Position numbers and translations under genes: made by a program. A stretch of 64,000 bases of DNA. It comes from Saccostrea cucullata. Its lineage: Eukaryota. The number at the start of each line of letters is the position of its first letter. Positions within the stretch are counted from its first letter, which is position 1. The stretch lies in assembly GCF_032062105.1 (NCBI RefSeq), contig NW_026930139.1, positions 930,001-994,000 of the forward strand, given 5' to 3'. Below, in pieces: positions 56,301 through 64,000 of the stretch. Below the pieces are notes generated by a model. It saw only the letters and a program-made list of their open reading frames with translations. It was not told where the DNA came from and made no database searches.

Positions 56301-59300
56301 TTTAATGACATCCCTTCTTCTGGTTTGCCAATACTCTTCAGCATATTCATCATGTTCATGGTATTCAAGATACTGGTGTTAGAGATTAAGTTTAACTGCA
56401 CATGTACAATATAAAGAGTTATTTTCACCCTTTCAAACAATTTTCCCATTTTAAATTTGCCCAACTGCATTTTTTGTATTTGTTTGAAGAAATTGTACCC
56501 TATTCTTAAATCTCACTCTGTTTTAAATTTGCCAAAATGAGTGTATAGGGAGAATGGGGGCAAATATTCTTGATAATATGCTTATGCTTTTTTCTCAAAC
56601 GTACAGTTAAACCTTTTTATCTCAAAATCAAATGGACTGAGAAGAGTGATTGGGATTTCAAATTTCTTAGAAATAGCATTTAAGATATCTATGTTTGGGA
56701 TGCCTTAAAATAACAAGCACTTATATTTCCTTAGGGAAATATATATTCTAGGTAAATATGATACTGCAAATATAATTTTTTTTATTTCTTCATATGAATT
56801 GTTAGTTCAATTTTTTTGAAAAATAAATTTTAAAATATACATCCTTCTGTAATAAAGACGAGGAGGAAACTAAAACATCCTGCAAACCAGAATTGAGTCA
56901 TATCAAGATACATTTTAAAATAAAATCATTGATGCTACTGATATCAGTGAAAATACTTACCAGTCTTGATGTATATATCGTATACTTCCTGTACATACAC
57001 AAGGGTGATATAGAGGTTTGTCATATCAAGATCATTTTAAAATAAAATCATTGATGCTATTGTAATTGAAAATATCAGATTACTGTCAATTACTTGAAGT
57101 AATCATTACAATCAATTATGATTATTCAATTAGTACCCAATGCCTGATGTATATATCACAAAATAAAAGTATACAGATTATTTTGTAAGATCCTGTACAT
57201 ACACAAAAAAAGGGTGATATAGACCGGCCCCTTTTTTTGGTTAATTTTTTTTTGTTTTTCCATTTATCAGCTGTGCATTTCCCATCTTAATTATCATACC
57301 TTATATGCGATTGCGTAATACATTTTCTCTCGAGGCTGTAAATGAAAGTGCGACATGACCTATTAAATTTACAACTGGGACAGAATTAGGTAGAAAACGT
57401 ATTAAAGAAACCAGAAGCCTCTGTCGAGATTGAAGCTCTACTGGTTTGTACTTATAATAAAGAAAGAGAAAAGTAGCAATTGGGATATAAAACTTTACAA
57501 AAGCAATAAATAGAATAATGACAAAATCACAGAATTATGTATCTTATGAACTTGTGTGCCAAGTTATATTGAAATCAGACCAAAACTGTAGGAGAGTAGA
57601 ATTTTGAATGTTTTTCACAAAAATTTCTATTTTTAGTGACAATGGCAACACCGTTCTTTGAAATCAAAAACCAATATACAGAATTATGTATCTTTAGTTA
57701 GTGTAGTCTACTTGTGTGCCAAGTTATAATAAAATCAGACCAAAACTGTAGGAGGAGTAGCATTTTGAAAGTATTTCTTTTTAAATTCTATTTTTAGTAA
57801 CAATGGCAAAATAATCTTACACAGAATTATGTATCATACTGGTGTTGTGAAATCAGATTTAAACTATAGCATTTTGAATAACAAATTTTTTCGTAACAAG
57901 AATTACCTAAAACGAATACAGAATAATGTATCTTAATGTAATCTACTTGTGTGCCTACAAATTGTATATAAAAATCAAGTTAATTTATATATGAGAAGAT
58001 ACTATTTTTTGCATGTTGTTTTAAAGAGGTGATAGTAATTTACAATAATAAAACATTTTAAAATGTTTATTTAAGCAAATTTTCTCAGAAAAATGGATAG
58101 GATATATTATATCACAAATGTGTCATGTCATATATAATTTATGTGCTAAAACTCGTTCTGAAGCCACAGACAACATCACAACATTGACCTGTTTGACTGT
58201 GTTGATACTTCATTTGATGTCGTATTCGTGGAAGAAATTGGATAAAATATTTTACCAAATTGCTTTGAGGGGGGGGGGCCATTTTACCTACCGGATTGCC
58301 TCCAAGTTTCACAGTAGCAAACAGGTCAATAGCACCTGTGATAATATATATTACATTGGAAATTTTACAGCTGTAATCGATAAACATTACATGCATTTAC
58401 AAGTAATTGTAAAAATCTCTTCGATTACAGATTACAAAAAAATATCGATGTATGTCATATTACTATCGTTCATCGAAATCAAAAACCGAAAAGAATTAAT
58501 CATTACAAGTTAATCTGTAGGAGGAATAGCATTTTGAAAAACGATTATCTGACCAGTAGAGCTAAAAATTAAAGAGGAGCTGATTTAAAATATGAAAAAT
58601 TTCAACAGAAGGAATTCAAGCACAGGTGGGGAAAGCAGTAAATCTAGTACTCCCGACTGTCCCGGATTTTCGTTTTTTTTTTACCGATTGTGTTAATATC
58701 TTTATTATTGATGCAAAGAATTTTTGCAATTTCTAGACCAATTTTCTAGGTTAATATAATTCCAAAATGCATAAATGTTTTTTTTTTAAATTATGTTCAA
58801 AAAATAAAAGCAGTTATTTATGGCAAAATTAGAGTCAGAGAATTTTGATCTTTATTAACATGATTTATTTAAAAAATGTGTTATTAAGTGATTTTGCTTA
58901 GGAAGCAGTAGTGAAAAAGTTTTCCACAACTCTGCTAAGCTGATTGACAGAGAATTATTTGAATAAAATGCATTAGTTACAAAGCTTACTGCAATCATCC
59001 TTAGAGTTCCTCCATCTCACATATTAAGACACTAAATTTACTTGTATATATAGGAGAAAAATTAACATTTCTTTATGTCTCTGTTGTAGAAAGTAACAGT
59101 ATGGAGGATGAATAGATTTTCACCATTTTATCCAGCAAGACTTTGTTTACAAAGGCTATCTTTCATGTAACAACACAAAAATACACTAAAAATCAAACAG
59201 TCTAGTCACTTATAAAGCTGTCTAATTCTTTAAAAGTGAAATAAATATGCACAGATGGACTAAGCTAATGACGAAAGGAAAGGTGAAGAACATGTTTCCG

Positions 59301-59447
59301 TTTCATTTAAGTGAACTCCACAGGAATATTGACGAAAATCATTCACCACGGAATTAAAAAGTAAGATTCAAATTGCTGATATGATCAAGTTCATCTTTAA
59401 AATACAAGAAAGCAAATAATACCTGTGTGAACTTCTGACTCCTCCAT
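47341..59447 (-). CDS. MARCHF6: E3 ubiquitin ligase MARCHF6 (TEB4/Doa10 ortholog)
   Basis: Exons: 59447-59423, (5' part missing) 57022-56961, 56212-56139, 55887-55744, 55521-55449, 54134-53981, 53651-53441, 52988-52894, 52799-52748, 52538-52480, 52395-52286, 52145-52031, 50879-50676, 50350-50300, 50201-50101, 49969-49786, 49502-49332, 49159-49090, 48973-48792, 48578-48444, 48312-48223, 48134-48002, 47819-47684, 47419-47341. Motifs: [44 protein letters not shown] (RING-CH), AAEELTWERLLGLDGSLVFLEHVFW, CGWWLDICSL, LLREVLRPGVLWFLRNLNDP, IKNDKYLVGQRLVNYE. Confidence 0.96.
50945..51965. mobile_element. Pogo/Tigger-like non-autonomous element
   Basis: TA-cagtggcttccacttaatc ... gattaagcgggatccactg-TA. 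Subterminal cggctatt repeats. No ORF. Confidence 0.8.
54435..55405. mobile_element. Non-autonomous element with about 270-bp imperfect terminal inverted repeats
   Basis: Arms align from cacaggc.tt..gat.gctt through aaataaaggta and tgaaatcaat to ttttactcgacat(c/t)agcttgggcc. No TSD found. Confidence 0.7.
57410..58568 (+). mobile_element. Pearl/CvA-like element (same family as 37621-38506), degraded or mosaic
   Basis: Same head ccagaag.ctctgtc.aga, core units tctacttgtgtgccaagttata..aaatcagaccaaaactgtagga, tail ctgaccagtagagctaaaaa. Confidence 0.75.
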
Positions 59448-59747
59448 CTTGGACAATAATGGTACTTTCGGTTGTCGTAAAATCTCTTATTTAAAGGAAT
59501 CAAACCATTCTTGATTAAATAAAAAGAATCGATAAATCAACAAAATAGAATTTAAAAAAGAGAAAAAATGAGTATACACATTTATTCTTTCATTTTGTGC
59601 AAGTGTTTATTTTTACGACTTACGATAGCATCCTCTTTACGGTAGCACTTGCTTCGGAAACCAGGGACGCTTGTATTTAGCTTTAGTCCGAAATGGCTCG
59701 ATAATAAACACTGGAAAAATAGTTTGTAATTAATCAGAAATGTGAAA
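59448..59747. promoter_or_regulatory. Probable bidirectional promoter of MARCHF6 and WDR88
   Basis: The divergent start codons at 59447 (-) and 59748 (+) are only 300 bp apart. The interval is locally CpG-richer. Confidence 0.6.
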
Positions 59748-62700
59748 ATGACAACTCTGAGTGAAGACAACGATTATTTGGCAATTGAAACTAAATCTGA
59801 AAGCAACGACGGACGAATAAGTGCAGCGACATGGGAACATGAAGATCTGGCACAAGTGAGAGAGGATTCATATTCTCTTGCTTTTTGATGCATTGATTAG
59901 ATATTGAAATTGTTTGACTTCTTTCAAGCTCGACATTTATTATTCAAAAGTTTTAAATTACTTTTATTGAAAAATACTAAAATCCTAGGATTGAATTTCC
60001 TATTATACAGTCGATTATGATATTGCTACACTGTAGATCTAGGGGCAGGTCAAAGTATTGGGGTCTGTTCTTGGACATATTGTATATGTAGTAAGAAATA
60101 TAATTCAGGCATATCTGTTTGTGTACTCTCACAAGGAGTACAGCATTGAAAACAATGAAAATTTCACATTAATTAAAATTTTGTAGGTAAAGATAAGAGT
60201 TTTTCGAGGTCACACAGATGCTGTTAATTCCTGTACATACATTGACAATGACACAAAAATCCTTGCTGGGTCCTCAGATAAGACAGCCCGTATTTGGGAC
60301 ATTGACTCAGGAGAGTTAAAACATCATTACACTGGAGGACATGAGGGGGCTATCTCAGAGACAAGTATCAATGACAATAGTCGCAGGTTATTGTAATGAT
60401 TTTTATCATCTCTTCAAGATCATAACAATCTTTTCAGTCATCACGGAACATTGAAAAGTATTTTATCAAGATCAATGTTTGTTGACAGGTTTGTGAGCTC
60501 AGGCTGGGATAAGAAAGTCCAGGTGTGGGACATAGAATCTGGAAACATCTTGGTAGGAACAGTATAATTGTAATACTGTGTTATGTCTCTCTTATTCATT
60601 TATAACATACCAGAACATAAAAATGCAAGTCTCTTGTTGTAATTATTGCAGTGGACTGGGAGACATGGGGGAATTGTTACTTGCTGCAAGTTTTCACATG
60701 ATGGAAAATTAGTAATCTCTGGATCAGATTTAGACAACACACTAAAAATCTGGGATGCAAACTCTGGAGAACTCATCAAATATCTTGAGGGTAAGTTAAA
60801 ATCATCAATCATTCTGATTCGATAGGAAAATACTTTACTGTGGATTAATTAAGGAATCCTTTTGCACAAATACCTGACCTACAAAGAGTGTGTGGTGGTC
60901 AGACAGGTTCATTAATTGGTGGAAGATAGCTCAGTTGTTACAGCACTGGACTAGAGATGTAGAGAGACTAGGTTTTAATTATTCCTCAGGTCTGATTTGC
61001 TACATTTTCTTTCTTGGGAGTTAATTTTGGTGCAGTGACAGGTAAAGAAATTTCTAGGGAAGAGCCTAATGGATTGTGTGTTTGGGGGCAATGACCTTAA
61101 AGGAAGGAGAAATGTGGTGTTCAGGCAGGTTTGATCACCAGTAGCATAATATAGCTCAATTGGAAGAGCACTGTACAAGTGATTTACAGGTGGCTCATGT
61201 TTAATTTCTGGTCTGGCCTGTCATATTTTTCTCCCTTGCCATTATATTTGGTGCTATGACCTAAAAATGACAGGTGAAAGACCTGCCAGGGTAGAGACTG
61301 GGTTTGTATCTTCAGGGACAAAGTGTAAGACATGTGGGAGGAATGTATAAGACAGACAGGATGAATCACTGTTGGCCAGATAGGTCTATTCAGAACACCT
61401 GACAAGTGATTCGGGGTCCAGGTTCAAATCTGCATCAATTCTGGTCCATTGCATATGTAACGGGAGAGGAGAAAATGCAGCGGACCAGACTGGGATTCGA
61501 ACCCGGGCCCCCTGAAACTCCGGTCAGGTGCTCTACCAACTGAGCTATCTGGCCATCGGCGATCGAGCCCGGCTGAGCGCCACATTCCTCCCTCCTTAAA
61601 GGTCTTTGGCCCTTCAAAGATCCCAACCCAGGCTCATCCCTGGCATGCCTCTCGCCTGCAATTCCAGGGCATGGCACGGCTCCAAATGTAATGGGAGAGG
61701 AGAAAATGCAGTGGACCAGACAGGGATTTGAACCTGGGCCCCCTGAAAATCCAGTCAGGTGCTCTAGCTACCAACTGAGCTATTTGGCCACCGGTGATCA
61801 AAACTGGCTGACTGCCACACATAACCCCCATTAATTACATGTACCAGTATATATGACATTTTATTTTTATTATAGATCATCATGATAGCACCATAACAAG
61901 CTGTATTTTTGCACCAGGAAATGACAAAGTTATCACAACGTCAATGGATAGAACCTCTAAGTTTTATGATCTGAGAACACAAAAAGTTACAATACAGTTA
62001 GAGTATGTTGAATAATCTGAGAATAATATAAAGTAAAAAAATCTTTTGAAATTCAAATATTTTTATAATCTTTTTTTTAATTAATATACCATATGTATAT
62101 ATAAAAAACTGTTTTCTTTCAAAAATAATTGTTGATACAAAGAAAATTTATTATGTTGATTCAAATGGTCTCATAGTCTATCATTGATTAAAAATGATAC
62201 CTATTTTAGAGGGCATATCAACATTATTGCTGATTGTGACATCTCATTTGATGAGAGGAAATTTGCCACAGCCTCTTGGGATAAAACCATTAAGATTTGG
62301 GATGTGGCCACTGGAGCCTACAGGTCAGACCTGAATATTTTACTATTGTATCATTAATGTTGACATGCTTAAACTGTTAATACTGTACTAATTAATATTA
62401 AAAACTTTGTCTTTGATACAGGATAAAATAATTTCTTATGTATATAAATAGGTTAACAAGTTGTTTCAAAACAAAGTGGAATAATTACTTCTTGAATGTT
62501 TCACTGTTTATGGAATTTTTATTTGTTTTTGACAATTAAGAATTTTCCTTGTTTCAGGTCTCAGGGTCCAGGTTCTCTCCAGGGATCCCATGAGGGAACA
62601 GTGAGCTGCTGTCAATTCAGTAGAGATGGTAAGTGAACATCTAATTGTTGTCAGTTCAGTAGAGATGGTAAGTGAGAGAACAGTTAGTTGTTGTCAGTTC

Positions 62701-63565
62701 AGTAGAGATGGTAAGTGAGAGAACAGTTAGTTGTTGTCAGTTCAGTAGAGATGGTAAGTGAGAGAACAGTTAGTTGTTATCAGTTCAGTAGAGATCGTAA
62801 GTGAGAGAACAGTTAGTTGTTATCAGTTCAGTAGAGATTGTAAGTGAGGGAACAGTTAGTTGTCAGTTCAGTAGAGATGGTAAGTGAGGGGACAGTTAGT
62901 TGTTGTCAGTTCAGTAGAGATGGTAAGTGAGGGGACAGTTAGTTGTTGTCAGTTCAGTAGAGATGGTAAGTGAGGGGACAGTTAGTTGTTGTCAGTTCAG
63001 TAGAGATGGTAAGTGAGAGAACAGTTAGTTGTCAGTTCAGTAGAGATGGTAAGTGAGAGAACAGTTAGTTGTCAGTTCAGTAGAGATGGTAAGTGAGAGA
63101 ACAGTTAGTTGTCAGTTCAGTAGAGATGGTAAGTAAGGGGACAGTTAGTTGTCAGTTCAGTAGAGATAGAGATGGTAAGTAAGGGGAAGTTAGTTGTTGT
63201 AAGTTTGGTAGAGATGATAGTGTTTAGTAGGTATGAAGGACTGAATTTTTTGCCTTACAAAATTTATTTACTAAGCTATAAATTTAAACATTTGATTGTT
63301 CAATGAAGAATTCTTTGAAATTTTTAGTTTAAAGGTAAAAAAAAAATTATATAGCATATTCATAAAATGATCCTTGATTGAAAGTGTATTAATTAATGGT
63401 TTTTAACTGGCAAATTTATAAAATGATCGTTTATTGAAAGTGTATTAATGGTTTTTAATTGTACTATTTTTGTTGTTGTTAGGTCTGATGCTGGTATCTG
63501 GTTCCTATGACAACACTTTGGTGGTCTGGGATGTTGATAATGAGATGCAGAAACTTCAACTACAG
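59748..63565 (+). CDS. WDR88: WD40-repeat protein, WDR88-like (3' end outside window)
   Basis: Exons 59748-59855, 60187-60386, 60489-60552, 60652-60790, 61876-62002, 62210-62323, 62558-62628, 63483-63565 are in phase. FRGHTDAVNSC..DDTKILAGSSDKTARIWD-type repeat, WDIESGNILW, CCKFSHDGKLVISGSD, DHHDSTITSC, SWDKTIKIWDVATGAYR, GSHEGTVSCCQFSRDG. Repeat order resembles WDR88 as I recall it. Confidence 0.8.
60891..61840 (+). mobile_element. Old tandem array of tRNA-LTR TRIM (three LTRs), interrupted by a younger copy
   Basis: LTR1 ~60891-61023, PBS tttggtgcagtgac, PPT aaaggaaggagaaa, LTR2 ~61113-61246, PBS tttggtgctatgac, PPT gggaggaa, LTR3 ~61343-61455 resuming at 61824-61840 (..attaca). Each LTR has degenerate A/B boxes. 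Confidence 0.7.
61456..61819 (-). mobile_element. Intact TRIM with tRNA-derived LTRs (Helenus-like)
   Basis: TG..CA-bounded LTRs 61687-61819 and 61456-61584, 102-bp interior with PBS tttggagccgtg and PPT aaggagggaggaa, 4-bp TSD CATA (61452-61455 and 61820-61823). A tRNA-like cloverleaf lies at 61554-61483. Confidence 0.9.
62592..63217 (+). repeat. 40-43-bp minisatellite made from the end of a WDR88 exon plus its 5' splice site
   Basis: Unit gag(a/g)gaacagttagttg(ttg)tcagttcagtagagatggtaagt copies exon sequence gagggaacagtgagctgctgtcaattcagtagagatg|gtaagt. 13 extra GTAAGT donors. Confidence 0.95.
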
Positions 63566-64000
63566 GTAATATCACCTACTATTTGTTACATAGTCTGACA
63601 GAATGTGAAATTGTTAATAAGTTATTTCCCTTTGTTGCTTTTCTTGTATCTGCTTTTGTCAGAATATAACAAAAATATCTATTGCTCCCTCAAACTTAAA
63701 ATACACCTATTATATTAGCATATGATGTAAGCAAAAGACTGCAAATAATGTTTTGCAATGGGCAACCCCATGCAAATATGTGCCTGATCAAAATTTAAAT
63801 AGGAGATGCACATTATGACATTATTAAAGTAGAAAGATTCTGTGAAAGTATCCTTATAATATTTTATTTAGCGATATAGGAGGGGTTGTGGATAAGATAT
63901 TTGCTATAGGAAACCCAAAAATTGTATATCATTAAATGTGTAAAATAAGAGGTGCACAATGGCATTAAATTTTACTCAGTGATTTGAAATTCATGCACTG

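Noticed and set aside
58118-58513. 131-aa ORF in MARCHF6 intron 1
   Set aside because: Lies in degraded repeat sequence, has no domain signature and does not contain the missing RING-CH segment.
61483-61792. Two tRNA genes on the minus strand
   Set aside because: Abnormal anticodon loops, an insertion in one D arm, and both are embedded in TG..CA LTRs with PBS, PPT and TSD.

Overview
AT-rich, intron-rich animal genomic DNA, not prokaryotic. The repeat families suggest a bivalve, most likely an oyster (inference). I assembled the genes by hand from GT-AG boundaries and reading frames. In order they are MAF1 (-), a SHARPIN/HOIL-1(RBCK1)-like LUBAC gene (+), a SKAP1/2-like adaptor (-) with an intronless RhoA-like gene nested in intron 2, PQLC1/SLC66A2 (-), MARCHF6 (-) and WDR88-like (+, runs off the window). 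Introns hold many non-autonomous elements: pearl/CvA-like Helentron-type elements, Tc1/mariner MITEs, foldback-like elements, a SINE, and TRIMs with tRNA-derived LTRs. Main points: (1) The LUBAC gene has a SHARPIN-like N-terminus, a full HOIL-1 RBR and an apparent alternative terminal exon after the NZF, so it could encode both a SHARPIN-like and a HOIL-1-like subunit. It lies head-to-head with MAF1, as human SHARPIN does. (2) The nested Rho carries N41T at the C3-toxin target residue and an altered P-loop. (3) An intact TRIM with tRNA-derived LTRs and a 4-bp TSD is nested in an older array of the same type. (4) Several tandem repeats derive from exon ends or splice sites. Two coding lesions (HOIL-1 last exon, MARCHF6 exon 2) look like probable assembly artefacts.
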